The notes: a model not told the origin generated them from the letters alone. DNA of 64,000 nt from Octopus sinensis (GCF_006345805.1 NC_043026.1:2790001-2854000), one strand, 5' to 3'. Counted from the stretch's first letter, positions 13,286 through 26,386 are shown. Translations and numbers: made by a program.

Positions 13286-14085
13286 ATTTACTCTTTAGTA
13301 TTTCAAGATATTTTTATGTAATTTTGGTAAATCTGTTAAAACGAGATGTCTGTGTTCTCTCCATCTTTGCATTGTTCAGACGACATTTTATTCATTTCAT
13401 CCTGTATATACTGTTTTATTCTTTTACTTGTTTCAGTCATTTGACTGTGGCCCTGCTGGAGCACCACCCTAACTGTTTTAGTTGAGGAAATCTGCACCCA
13501 GCACTTATTCTTTGCAAGCCTATTACTTATTGTATCGGTCTGTTTTGTTGAACTACTAAGTGATGGCGGACGTAAACACACCCACGCCAGTTGTCAAGCA
13601 AGGGTGGCGGTGGTGAGAAATATACTGACACAGACACACACATAGATGTATATGACAGGATTCGTTCAGTTTCTGTCTCTCACAAGGTTTTTGTTGGCCC
13701 GTGGCTACAGTAGAAGAGACTTGCCCAATGTGCCACACAGTGGGACTGAACCCGGAACCATGTGGTTGGAAAGCAAGTTTCTTACTACACAACCACTCCA
13801 GCACCTGAATATATATATATATATAATATAGAGCAAAAGTCTTCGGGTATAGCAGGGTGTAGAGTTAGGGTATCTCCAGAGAAGCACTCCACCCAATTAC
13901 TGGGTTTTCAACACTGTCAGGTTCCAGCCCAATGCCAGAATTCCTTAGGTGTAGAAAATCCTCATTTCATGATGATTATGCTGTAAAGTGGGTTTGGCAA
14001 AGAGTCAATTATAATCCGGATAATTAACTATTGTAACGAATCATTACAGGTGTGTTAAAGAATTTTCTTTGTCTTCTTATTATAT

Positions 14086-14292
14086 TGGTTGTATACTGTC
14101 AATCTAACGTGAACGTGACAGTAGGGGATTACACCACCACTGTTTAGCCCTAGGAAGCATCGACGCCTCCTGATGGCTTTGACACATTTTTTTCCTGTCA
14201 AAGCCATCAGGAGGCGTCGATGCTTCCTAGGCTAAACAGCAGTGGTGTACCCCCTACTGTCACGTTTGTGTTAGATTGACAGTATACAACCA
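14086..14292. repeat. Near-perfect inverted repeat (arms about 98 bp, 11-nt loop)
   Basis: tggttgtatactgtcaatc...ctttgaca / tgtcaaag...gattgacagtatacaacca. Confidence 0.9.
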
Positions 14293-14471
14293 TTCTATCG
14301 CCCCACCACCGTACATGTCTCTATGAGAGATTTAAAAATTTAATATTTCTGATCTTATTATATTATTTGGCTTATAAAGATATATATATATATACACACA
14401 CACACATACACACATATGCACACACACACATGCACACACATATATATATACACATACATACAAACATACAT

Positions 14472-14504
<33 letters not shown>

Positions 14505-14535
14505 TACACACACACACATACAAACATACATACAT

Positions 14536-14568
<33 letters not shown>

Positions 14569-14602
14569 TACACCACACACATACACACACACACACACAC
14601 AA

Positions 14603-14645
<43 letters not shown>

Positions 14646-14647
14646 TA

Positions 14648-15034
14648 CAGTAGAACCTTGAAGTACGAGTGCCTTATTGTACTTGTAATTTGCTGTACCA
14701 GCTGAGTCCCATGTGAATGTTTGTCTTAAAGTACGAGCGGAAATCCGCAGAATGAGCAAACGAACCGTCCCATCTTGAAGGCAATTCAGTTGATAAAACC
14801 AGTTGACATATTTCTTTTGCATTCTCTTTTTTTATAATTGTCGTTTTACTTGTAACTACAATTTTCCTGTTTTAAAACCCATAAAAAAATTATTTTTGAG
14901 TGGTTTTGTGGGGCTGGAACGTATTAATTATATTTTAGTTAATTTTACTGAGGAAAATTGATTTGTAAAATGAGTAAATTGTAAGACGAGTTTGGTCATG
15001 GAATGAATTAAATTCATACTGCAAGGTATCACTG
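14648..15034. mobile_element. pogo/Tigger-like MITE
   Basis: Imperfect TIRs CAGTAGAACCTTGAAGTACGA and CAGTGATACCTTGCAGTATGA; TA on the left flank. Confidence 0.5.
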
Positions 15035-15241
15035 TGTATATATATATATATAGCTTTTCTTTCCCTATGTTTCTGACAAAGAGCTCCACTCGAAACATTA
15101 AATCCTCCTTCATTCTTTCCTTTCCTGAACATCCAATAACACTATACTTGCTCCATGTCCTCAGGCTGTTGTGTTTTCTCTTTGTTCATGTTTGGATTAA
15201 CTATATATATACATAGATATATATATATATATACATATATA

Positions 15242-15613
15242 CTAGCACTATGACCTGGCGTCACTGGGTCGTAGTGCTAATGCATGAATATACAGCTGCG
15301 TGCGTGCGCACGTACACATGAGTACTGTCCAAATCTCCGACCAATCACGTACAGCTAGCTGGCATTCAATTGGCGTATCAAGTTTCTGGCATTTTGATTG
15401 GGTTTTGGATAGAAAATTCACAAAAAAGTCACTTCTATTGATTTTTTAATGGCTTTGCAGGGTGACTGGGGAAATGTAAAGATGTGCACGACCACCCTTG
15501 GATGGTTTTGAATGACCATAGAAAGTGCGAGCCCTCTAACTGAAAAACTGTGGATTTATATAAAGGACATACACACACGCACACACAGACATTTTGCCGT
15601 TTATATATATAGA
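15242..15613 (-). mobile_element. Non-autonomous Helitron
   Basis: 5' TCTATATATATAAACGGC; 3' GACCC..GGTC hairpin followed by CTAG|T. Confidence 0.7.
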
Positions 15614-16459
15614 CTAGCAGAATTGCCCGGCATTGCTCGGGGCTGAATTGCTTGAAAGTACTGTTAATGATTGCACTGAATTATGATGATTATTCAGGCA
15701 AATATTGATATAAGTTTACAGTGGGAGATAAGGACTTAACGATAAAACGTGTGCCATTGCATTGTTTTGGGGGAACCAAATTTCTGATGAGCATTATAGG
15801 GGCACCAACTTTAAGTTTGAGAAAGTGTGGTGGTAGTCCGGGGTGCTCAAAGGAATTGAGTACCTCTATTGGATAGTTGATGACGTCCTCTGGGTCAGGA
15901 GTTGTATCGATAGACTGATATACATAGACTTCACCAGGAATGAGTTTTAGCATTTCATCATTAATATGGTGAACAGTTTTATTCCTCGGGGCCAGTATAG
16001 CTTTTTTGCCAATCCAATCCATATTCTGATAATTAGCTTGTAGATCTTGGAACACTGCATCTCTGAGATCAGAAGGCGTCTTAACAATGGTACAAATGGA
16101 ATCGATGGCAATATTACCATTTTCATCCCCTGGTATTTTGCCTTCGCCAAGTGCAAGGAGGGTGTGAGGAAATGCTGCTGATGTGATATTACGTCGCATA
16201 TGAGCACGCATATTGGTGTGAAGTTTGAGAGTTACTTCCCTTTATTTAAAAAAATATGCATTAAAATGGAAAAAATGATGGTAAATTATTTGTAAAATCA
16301 TAGACTCATCGTAGATGCGCGCTAATACCCAGAAGAGCTCGATATGAATCACGACTATAAGATACCCGGTTTTGGTTAAACTGCATCGCAAAATGTGGGA
16401 GTAGTTAGGAATCTAAATCGGAGTAGACAGACACACAACCTTTCTTTTATATATAAATA
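15614..16459 (-). mobile_element. Internally deleted Helitron carrying a PIF1-type helicase fragment
   Basis: ORF 15690-16211(-) has AILAPRNKTVHHIN, YPIEVLNSFEHPGLPPHFLKLKVGAPIMLIRNL and CNGTR, typical of Helitron helicase; 3' end has CCCGAGCAATGCCGGG hairpin plus CTAG; 5' region is shared with non-autonomous copies at 32420, 41525 and 48093. Confidence 0.9.
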
Positions 16460-16461
16460 TT

Positions 16462-17460
16462 TTCGTCCTAAAAAACTTTGTATGGATTGAATGGTTACCT
16501 CTATGGAAATATATACACACAATACATACATCTGTGTATAGATGAATATATAAATACATTTAAATATCTATATACACTTTTGGGCGATCTTTCTTTTTCT
16601 TAGAGATAACTTTAGATCTTATATTCGTCCTAAAAAACTTTGTATGGAGTGAAAGGTTACCTCTATGGAAATATATACACACAATACATACATCTGTGTA
16701 TAGATGAATATATAAATACATTTAAATATCTATATACACTTTTGGGCGATCTTTCTTTTTCTTAGAGATAACTTTAGATCTTATTTTCATCCTAAAAAAC
16801 TTTGTATGGATTGAATGGTTACCTCTATGGAAATATATACACGCACATTATACATACATGTGTGTATAGATGAATATATAAATACATTTAAATATCTATA
16901 TACACTTTTGGGCGATCTTTCTTTTTCTTAGAGATAACTTTAGATCTTATATTCGTCCTAAAAAACTTTGTATGGAGTGAAAGGTTACCTCTATGGAAAT
17001 ATATACACACACATAATACATACATCTGTGTATAGATGAATATATAAATACATTTAAATATCTATATACACTTTTGGGCGATCTTTCTTTTTCTTAGAGA
17101 TAACTTTAGATCTTATTTTCATCCTAAAAAACTTTGTATGGAGTGAATGGTTACCTCTATGGAAATATATACACACACGTTATACATACATGTGTGCATA
17201 GATGAATATATAAATACATTTAAATATCTATATACACTTTTGGGCGATCTTTCTGCTACTTGTATATACTTTAGATCTTATATTCGTCCTAAAAAACTTT
17301 GTATGGAGTGAAAGGTTACCGCTATGGAAATATATACACACACATTATACATACATCTGTGTATAGATGAATATATAAATACATTTAAATATCTATATAC
17401 ACTTTTGGGCGATCTTTCTGCTACTTGGATATAGGTCTTATATTCGTCGTAAAAAACTTT
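16462..17460. repeat. Tandem repeat, 160-166 bp unit, 6 copies plus a partial
   Basis: Unit starts at 16462, 16624, 16786, 16952, 17118, 17283, 17443. Confidence 0.95.
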
Positions 17461-18676
17461 CCTGTCACACACTCACGCACACACACACACACACGCATCC
17501 TCACACACACACACACACGCATCCTCACACACACACACGCGCACACACTCACACACGCACACACACACGTTAGCTTACAATTTTATTTATATATTTGCGT
17601 GTCTATGTGTGTAAAGAGGAAGTGGGAATGTAGAGTGAAGGAGTCACTCACTACAGAAAGTGAATTACTTTCACTTTATTCGTTGCACACTGTGTGTGTG
17701 CGTTTGCGTGTGCTGTATCCCACACTAAGAGAAGCATTTGACTTATACACCACAATGTGAGTTTTCTCTAAATTTTGCTTAATTGGGGTTGAAATTTTAA
17801 AAAGTGGACCTGGCAAGACCCGATGCATTCTACTCTTAAAAATGCTAGGTAAATTGTAATTGAAGAAATCCTATATTGTAGATTTCTATAAGAGACAAAG
17901 GGAGGCAGATAAAATCTGCCTTTTATAATAAGAGATATGTATATATATGGGTGAACCATTTTCTCACTATTTTCAATTTTGTGATGGAGATAGTGTAGGA
18001 AAGTTGTGAAAGGACATCAGAATAACTGGTGTAAAGCCTTAGAACTCAGAAACGATATCTTCTGTCTCCACAAATGCAGCAAAAAGTGGGAAGGAAATGC
18101 CTCTACTTATTTATTAACTATAAAATACAGCTTTCATTGCATCTTCTTCCGGTGGCTTTTAAATGACTGACAAAATTACTCTAAAATATGACTGAAACAT
18201 GTTGTTTTTGTGTTTTTTCTGTGGCTTCATCTTCTGCTTCCACAAGAAGGAATGGATTGGGTGTGCTATAATTTACATCGACATGGAAAATTTTCTGAAT
18301 TTGGTAAATTACAATATTTACAATATTTTTGTGTATTTTGAGGCAGAAGATGAAGTTAGAGAAAAAAACCTGCTGAAGTTGTATTTTGGAGTAATTTCAT
18401 CACAGTCATTTAAAAGCTACTTGAAGAAGATGCAGAAAAAATTGTATTTTATAGTTAATAAATAAACAGGTGAGTGTTGGCAAGAGGAAAGGCATCCAGC
18501 TGAAGGAAATCTGCATGGATCCATCTGACCCATGCAGGCAGGGAAAGATGGACGTTAAAAGGATGATGGTGATGATAGTTTGAATAGATAGCTGTGTGGT
18601 CGTCAGGTAGAAACTCTCCACAAAACTGCTACAGGAATCAACTTTGGCCAATAATGTATTGTCTCTTGTCTTTCAG

Positions 18677-18745
18677 AAACCATTTTGTGATCTTTACCTT
18701 AAGCAAGTATTGGCATACCGGTCGACTCCACCCCTGCATCTCTTG
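18677..18745 (+). CDS. GCN1: GCN1 exon (KPFCDLYLKQVLAYRSTPPLHLL)
   Basis: tttcag| and |gtgagt, 69 nt; matches human SALLDFYMKNILMSKVKPPKYLL. Confidence 0.88.
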
Positions 18746-19073
18746 GTGAGTATATCTGTGTGTGTACAGGAGGGAATACTCCTGTATTCTTGGTTTCAGG
18801 TGAAAGAAAAATACAGGAGGATCAGTGAATTATGATTCTATTCAACATTCTTATTGCAGTGGTCCTTCAGTTTTTCTAGACCTGGGTTTCCAACTAAGCT
18901 TTTAGCAAACCCTGAAAGCTAGGAACTTTGCAGCTGCTCCCAATGTGTGTATATATATGTATGTGTGTGCATATATTTTATATATATATATCTCGTTATT
19001 TTCTTTTCTTTCTATATTTTCATGTTTATTTTCTGGTCGATGCCAGGTTCGCCTGACTGGCTCCCATGCTGGT

Positions 19074-19945
19074 GGCACATAAAAAGCACCATCCAATCAC
19101 GGCCAATGCCAGTACTCCCAGACTGGCTCCGGTGCCAGTGGCACATAAAAAGCACCATCCAATCACGGCCAATGCCAGTACTCCCAGACTGGCTCCGGTG
19201 CCAGTGACACATAAAAAGCACCATCCAATCACGGCCAATGCCAGTACTCCCAGACTGGCTCCGGTGCCAGTGGCACATAAAAAGCACCATCCAATCACGG
19301 CCAATGCCAGTACTCCCAGACTGGCTCCGGTGCCAGTGGCACATAAAAAGCACCATCCAATCACGGCCAATGCCAGTACTCCCAGACTGGCTCCGGTGCC
19401 AGTGACACATAAAAAGCACCATCCAATCACGGCCAATGCCAGTACTCCCAGACTGGCTCCGGTGCCAGTGGCACATAAAAAGCACCATCCAATCACGGCC
19501 AATGCCAGTACTCCCAGACTGGCTCCGTGCCAGTGGCACATAAAAAGCACCATCCAATCACGGCCAATGCCAGTACTCCCAGACTGGCTCCGGTGCCAGT
19601 GGCACATAAAAAGCACCATCAATCACGGCCATGCCAGTACTCCCAGACTGGCTCCGGTGCCAGTGACACATAAAAAGCACCATCCAATCACGGCCATGCC
19701 AGTACTCCCAGACTGGCTCCGGTGCCAGTGGCACATAAAAAGCACCATCCAATCACGGCCAATGCCAGTACTCCCAGACTGGCTCCGGTGCCAGTGACAC
19801 ATAAAAAGCACCATCCAATCACGGCCAATGCCAGTACTCCCAGACTGGCTCCGGTGCCAGTGACACATAAAAAGCACCATCCAATCACGGCCAATGCCAG
19901 TACTCCCAGACTGGCTCCGGTGCCAGTGGCACATAAAAAGCACTA
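19074..19945. repeat. 66-bp minisatellite, about 13.5 copies, inside a family C retroposon
   Basis: Unit GGCACATAAAAAGCACCATCCAATCACGGCCAATGCCAGTACTCCCAGACTGGCTCCGGTGCCAGT. Confidence 0.95.
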
Positions 19946-20931
19946 TCCAGACGGGATTAATGCCAGTGCTGCCTGACAGGTGTCACATAAAAAGCACCCA
20001 CTACACTCTCAGAGTGGTTGGCATTAGGAAGGGCATCCAGCTGTAGAGACATTGCAGATCAGATTGGAGCCTGGTGCAGCCTTCTGGCTTCCTAGACCTC
20101 AGTCAAACCGTCCAACCCATGCCAGCATGGAAAACGGATGTTAAATGATTCTGATGTTTTCTCTCCATATAACTATTCAGCATTTTCATCCCTTTCGGTG
20201 AATCCATGAAAGGGACAAAAGGTTAAATTTATTTATTTTTTTTATCCAAATCCTGTCTACCTTCTTTTTCATTTCTTTTCTTTGTCTTTCCGGGTTTTGT
20301 TTTTTCTCTTCAATCCTTTCTGTCAAAGACTTTTCCATTCTTCTTTGTCGTCAAACAAATACGCATTCTTCTTTTTCCGTCACCTAGCTTCATCTTTTGA
20401 TTTCTGTAAATTCAAACTATGTATATATATATATATATAAAACTGAGAATGTCTGTCTGTCTGTCTGTGTTTCCCTAAAACTTGAGAACTACACAACCAA
20501 TTTCATTCAAATTTTACACATGCCTTACTTAGGGTCCATGTAGTTTCATGGGCAAAAAAAATGTTCAACTTCTTGCCTAGAGCGAGCCCATAGCCATATC
20601 ATATCGTCTCCACTATTTCAGTATTACGTGTTAAAAGTGAAACAAAAACATTTCTCTATTTTATGTCACATACTTTCACTTTAACAATAAAAATAATAAT
20701 AACAATTGAATTATATGTAGTAATAATTAAATCAAACTAAAGTATAATATAATCGTAACATAACAAAAGTAAAAATAGCAATTGGTATAAAATTGCATCA
20801 ATGATTTGCACTTGAATAAGTGGTTTCACATGAATGGGAATTAAATTAAAAATAAAATTAGCGTGCAGAAATGGAATAGTCCAGATAGATAATAAAAAAT
20901 TAAATTAAAGAAAAGACTATTGTCTATCTCT

Positions 20932-22058
20932 TCTCTCTATATATAAACGGCAGTTTGTCTGTCTGTGTGTCTGTCAGGTTGTACCCTTACCCTGACCACG
21001 GCTTTCAACCGATTCTGATGAAACTTGACACACACATAGCCCAATGTCATAATTCAAAACTAACGCAGCGAAAATTTTGAAAAGTTCCCCCAGTTCTGAA
21101 AATAATCGATAAATTCGACATGGGGTCGAGAATCAGAAACCCAAACATTTTCTGTTGTAGTTTTCGCAACTTGCAATCGATTTTCACCAAACTCATGGTG
21201 AAGCTTAATGTTACCCTAAGAAACTTAATTCTGATGTTAGATTTCCATGCAATACCTTACCATCAGAAACAATCGATAAAATCATGCCATTTTGGGAAAT
21301 CGCGTTCAAATTCAAGATGACATATTTTCGACAATATCTTTCACAAATTGGCAGCAATTTCTTTTCAAATTCATAGCGAGCATCATGTCTGCTCCAAAGA
21401 TCTATATGGCCCTTTTTATTCCAATAGGATACTTTATTACTGGAAAAAATCGGTTAATTAAATCATATGTGGCATAAATAGCAAACCGATTTGTGTATTA
21501 AACACAAACCACAGACTGTCTAGGGGACGCAACTAGACCTTTTTAACTCTCGGAACACCTGGGGTAAGTATCCCAAAATGTATAAAAATGTACAAAAACG
21601 GCAAAAAAGCGGGCAGCAATGTGAGTGACAACAACGAAAAAGTCAAAAGTGACCAAACTGAACCAACGAATGAAAAAGGTTTTTTGGTGCACACGACAAA
21701 AGCGGTTTATAATAAACCAAGAGTTTGCAAGTAGCGTCCGAGGACCCTTAGGGTACGTCAAAAATTTAAGGTAAAACGTTTGGGCTGGTAGTTATAAAGA
21801 AAGTTTAAACGAAAAAAGTATTCGAATAACTTGCGGCTGCAGCAGCTATTAGCAGAAGTGGGGCAAAGTCTCGAATGTAATTTCTTCCTGGTAGGAATTG
21901 GTTGGGTTGAATTATCGATAGCTGGTTGATAGTTATTTGGGAGTGAAGAGAAGACATTGCAACCTACACATGCGCCTTCGTTCCCTAGAGGGAAAGGACT
22001 AGATTGGGATTAGTCGTTGCCTACTAGGGGCTCTTACATACCCGGGCTATGCTGTTAG
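20932..22058 (+). mobile_element. Longer non-autonomous Helitron-like element
   Basis: 5' TCTCTCTATATATAAACGGC and about 250 bp shared with 43997-44367; degenerate 3' end CCCGGGCTATGCTGTTAG. Confidence 0.55.
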
Positions 22059-22411
22059 TAAAGTATACAATGTAGAGAAAAAAGAAGACTAACAATTCCA
22101 GTCTGTTATATATTTTGAGTATTGTTATCACTAGCGATATCAAGATATAACTTTGTATTTTGCATTTTATGTGTAGATATATATATATATAGATGTACAT
22201 GTAATATGTACACATATATACATGCACTAGCACTATGACGCGGCAACGACGGGTCTTTAATGCTAGTATATATATATATATATATTTCTATACATTTACT
22301 GTGTGGTGAGAAGTTTGCCTCTCTCTCTCTCTCTCCCTCTCTCTCTCTGCTCTCCCCAATGCAGTCCCCTTCACTGTCCTCTCATTCTACGTCTGTGTGT
22401 CTCTACTCCAG

Positions 22412-22520
22412 GAGAACTGCCAGTCCTTGCTCCGCCACGTCAACCACGAAGACTTCAACGAAATCCTGCTCCCTGCTGCACAGAAAGCTACACTGCGCAA
22501 CCCAGAGATCATACTGCAAG
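22412..22520 (+). CDS. GCN1: GCN1 exon (ENCQSLLRHVNHEDF...LRNPEIILQ)
   Basis: ccag| and |gtaacc, 109 nt; matches human DSCAPLLRYLSHSEF...LLRSPENVIE. Confidence 0.92.
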
Positions 22521-22587
22521 GTAACCTACCACCACCACTACCACCACCACCACTACTGTCATTAACCATCACTTATACAACTGCTAT

Positions 22588-22628
<41 letters not shown>

Positions 22629-22870
22629 TTACTACCACCACTGCTACTACTATTACCACCACCACCACTGCTACCATTACTACCACCACCACCACTGCTA
22701 CCATTGCTACCACCACCACCACTGCTACTACTACTACTATTACTACCACCACCACCACTGCTACTACTACTACCACCACCACCACTGCTACCATTACTAC
22801 CACCACCACCACTGCTACTACTACTACCACCACTACTACTACTACCACCACCACCACTGCTACTGCTACC
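22521..22870. repeat. (ACC/ACT)n trinucleotide tract starting at an exon donor
   Basis: Direct inspection. Confidence 0.9.
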
Positions 22871-24518
22871 CCATATATTTCTGACCTTGTACCTATGTTA
22901 GAAATGATTCTTTATTGCTGCAGAGCAATGAAATACCAGTAATCTTTTGTGGAGAGGAGGGGGGGGTTGCTGTTGATTTGAATATTTTCTTGGAGCCAGT
23001 TATGGAATCCTCATTGTTTTTTGTTATTCTGGTCAGATTCTTTATGTTCAGAATACAGATTCCACCACAGGTTGCGAGAGTTCAATGTTATCAACCCAGT
23101 TCCTCCACTATCTCTCTCTCTCTCACACACACACACACCGCCTCAAAATTTCGGGCTTTGTACCTTTAGTAGAAAGGGTTATTATTATTTTAAGGCCGGG
23201 AGCTGTCAGAATCACAAGCAGCCCAAACACAATGCCTATTTCCAGAGGTGAATTATCCAAACTCCAAAGAATTCCTCTCAACAACTGACAAGCAAAATCT
23301 GTGGTATTGAGCAGAATATTTGCTGTAGGCCATCTTTTATACCAAGACAAAACAATGTACGTGATAACACTTCCAATCAGTTAAGATCAGAAACCATGAG
23401 AGCCACTGTCTGGTACTGCATCAGGGCATTTATTATTATTATTGAGTGAGAGAACAGTGCATGCCATCAAAGTATACCCATCATGACTACCCGTCTGATA
23501 AGGGTACACCAGGTACTTGCATCACAACCATATGTGCGCGACATGGTGATCTCATATCAAGATAAACAGCACATGACCTTGTAGGTGGGGCCCAGTTAGA
23601 ATTTTCTTCTGGTCGAGTAGCCCATCCCGCTGAAAAGGTCCCTGAATAAGGGCTGTTAAAGGATGTTGAACGAAACACCCATGTTTCCAGAGGTGAATTA
23701 TTCAAACCCCAAAGAATCCTTCTCAACACATGGCTATGATGCTCCCCCACTACTTCTGCTCGTGATCAGAGATGCACATATCGTCAGCCACTAAGGGACT
23801 TGCTCAACTGGTTAGGTCAAACAACTGACAAGCAAATCTGTGGTATTGAGCAGAATATTTGCTGTAGGTCATCTTTTACACAAAGACGAAGCGTGTACAT
23901 GATACACACTTCCAAACAGTTAAGATCAGAAGCCATGAGAGCCACTGCCTGGTACTGCATCAGGGCATTTATTATTATTATTATTGAGTGAGAGAGCAAT
24001 GCATGCCATCAAAGTGACACTGGGGTAAAATATATGAAGCCCAGTATACCCATCATGACTACCCGTCTGATTATTATTATTGGGCTGAAGACAAACTTTT
24101 CTCTTTGTCCAATCCCTAATCAAGTTCTTTAAGTTTCACTTGAAAAGGAAAAATAAGGGTCAAGAGGGAAGCGGTTTTCTTCTGGCCAGTTTGCTGAAAG
24201 GTGGACCAAAGTGGTGAGAATGGTTCAAGGGAATGGACCTGCCCTGAGCATACGCATGTAATTGGGGGGGGGGGGAGCAAGACACCTGCTCCAAAAGTCA
24301 GGGTACCCATGCTTTTTTTTCATGAGCAGCCCTCAAACATCTCCCTATTTAGGATTACACATTGTTGACTTTTTGTTGTTGTTTTGTTAGTCTTGTTTAC
24401 ATGCAAAACCCTCACAACACACACACACACACACACATTTTTTTTGTCCCTAATGTTCTACTTAATGCAAACGCTTGTGGTTAATAAAGAAATCATCATT
24501 ATTATAATAATTATTACT

Positions 24519-24553
<35 letters not shown>

Positions 24554-24616
24554 TATTATAATTATCATCAACACCATCATTTTATTATTATTATTGTTGT
24601 TGTTCTGTCTCTTTAG

Positions 24617-24691
24617 CTGTTGAACATTTACTGATTGGTGTCCAGTTAGACATGAGCAAGTATGCACTGGACTTGGCGAAACCCATCGCAA
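24617..24691 (+). CDS. GCN1: GCN1 exon (AVEHLLIGVQLDMSKYALDLAKPIA)
   Basis: tttag| and |gtaagt, 75 nt; matches human LDLSQYAMDIVKGLA. Confidence 0.92.
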
Positions 24692-25188
24692 GTAAGTATG
24701 TTGCAATTCCTCCTTCGTTATACTCACCCCGTCACCCATTCCCTACCTCTCCCGCACCCATACACTCATTACAGCCCTCACCCACCCACACTTCCACGTT
24801 TTCTACCCACGTTTATGTCTATTCATCTGATACCTTGAGAGCCCCACCTGGACACCTCATCACCCCTCCACCCAATCATGCCTGCCCTACTTCCTAAATG
24901 TCAGCCTCCATGTAGCACCTCTACAGGAAGAACCTTGTTCTTTTCTGTTCTGGTCCCTGTCTCCTATATTTTAAACCCTTTTCTATCATAAAGCCATCTC
25001 TCTCTCTCTTCCTCTCAGGGTTCCGATGCGTCCAACAACTGCACTGAGCACCAGAATCTGTTTTGGCGTTGCTTCTACGGCTGGTTGACCGTTCTCATGC
25101 CAACCTCTTTACGGCACATACTGAGGGCTTTTTTTCATGCCAGCAGCATTATTGAGATCACTATGTAGCATGTAACTCTACAAGCCCT

Positions 25189-25687
25189 TTGGGAGATGGG
25201 ATAGGTTTTATGCTAGGGCAGAGCAAGAGATGGGATAGGCTTTTTGCTAGGGCTAGAGCAAGAGATGGGATAGGCTTTTAAGTTAGGGGCAGAGCAAGAG
25301 ATGGGATAGGCTTTTTGCTAGGGCTAGAGCAAGAGATGGGATAGGCTTTTAAGTTAGGGGCAGAGCAAGAGATGGGATAGGCTTTATGCTAGGGCTAGAG
25401 CAAGAGATGGGATAGGCTTTTAAGTTAGGGGCAGAGCAAGAGATGGGATAGGCTTTTTGCTAGGGCTAGAGCAAGAGATGGGATAGGCTTTTTGCTAGGG
25501 CTAGTGCAAGAGATGGGATAGGCTTTTAAGTTAGGGGCAGAGCAAGAGATGGGATAGGCTTTATGCTAAGGATAGAGCAAGAGATGGGATAGGCTTTTAA
25601 GTTAGGGGCAGAGCAAGAGATGGGATAGGCTTTATGCTAAGGGTAGAGCAAGAGATGGGATAGGCTTTATGCTAAGGGTAGAGCAAG
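25189..25687. repeat. Minisatellite, unit about 35 bp, about 14 copies
   Basis: AGCAAGAGATGGGATAGGCTTT followed by alternating GCTAGGGCTAG or AAGTTAGGGGCAG variants. Confidence 0.95.
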
Positions 25688-25911
25688 TGTCTAAAGACCT
25701 GTTCTTTATTCTTCTACTTATTTCAGTCATTTGGCTGCAGCCACACTGGAGCACCACCTTGAAGGGTTTTAATCAAACTAATCAGGACTTATTTTTAAAA
25801 CCTAGTACCTATTTTATCAATCTCTTATACTGAACCGCTAAGTTACAGGGGACATAAACACATGATTGTCAAGTGGTGATGTGGGGTACAAACATAGTCA
25901 CAAAGACACAC

Positions 25912-25970
<59 letters not shown>

Positions 25971-26107
25971 ATGGGCTTCTTTCAGTTTCCATCTAGCAAA
26001 TTCACTCACATGTCTTTGGTTTGGCCGATGCTATAGAAGACACTTGCCCAAGGTGCCATGCAGTGGGACTGAACCCAGAGCCATGTGGATGGGAAGCAAC
26101 ACCTTCA

Positions 26108-26140
<33 letters not shown>

Positions 26141-26318
26141 GCATGTTTATGTGTACTATTTCCTTCCGATTTTGACACCCTCCCTTTCTCTTAACCTCCA
26201 CCACTCTTTCTGTACTCTACCTCCACCATCTCCACTCTCCATTATATCCCCACACCACACACGTTGCTCTCTTTCCCCTCCACCACCACAACACTGACAA
26301 TCTACACACACACTCTCA

Positions 26319-26386
<68 letters not shown>

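Noticed and set aside
19012-19976. Repetitive ORFs up to 243 aa, and regularly repeated units resembling a CRISPR array
   Set aside because: A 66-bp tandem unit with no unique spacers, inside a eukaryotic retroposon; ORFs are open in several frames on both strands and no cas genes are present
22397-22942. 181-aa ORF with a mucin-like poly-Thr tail
   Set aside because: A GCN1 exon read through its donor into an (ACC/ACT)n tract; normal splicing at 22520 restores the GCN1 frame
25019-25090. Strong-looking acceptor (ctcttcctctcag|)
   Set aside because: In-frame stop within 9 codons, no good donor, and the downstream sequence is a decayed retroposon tail
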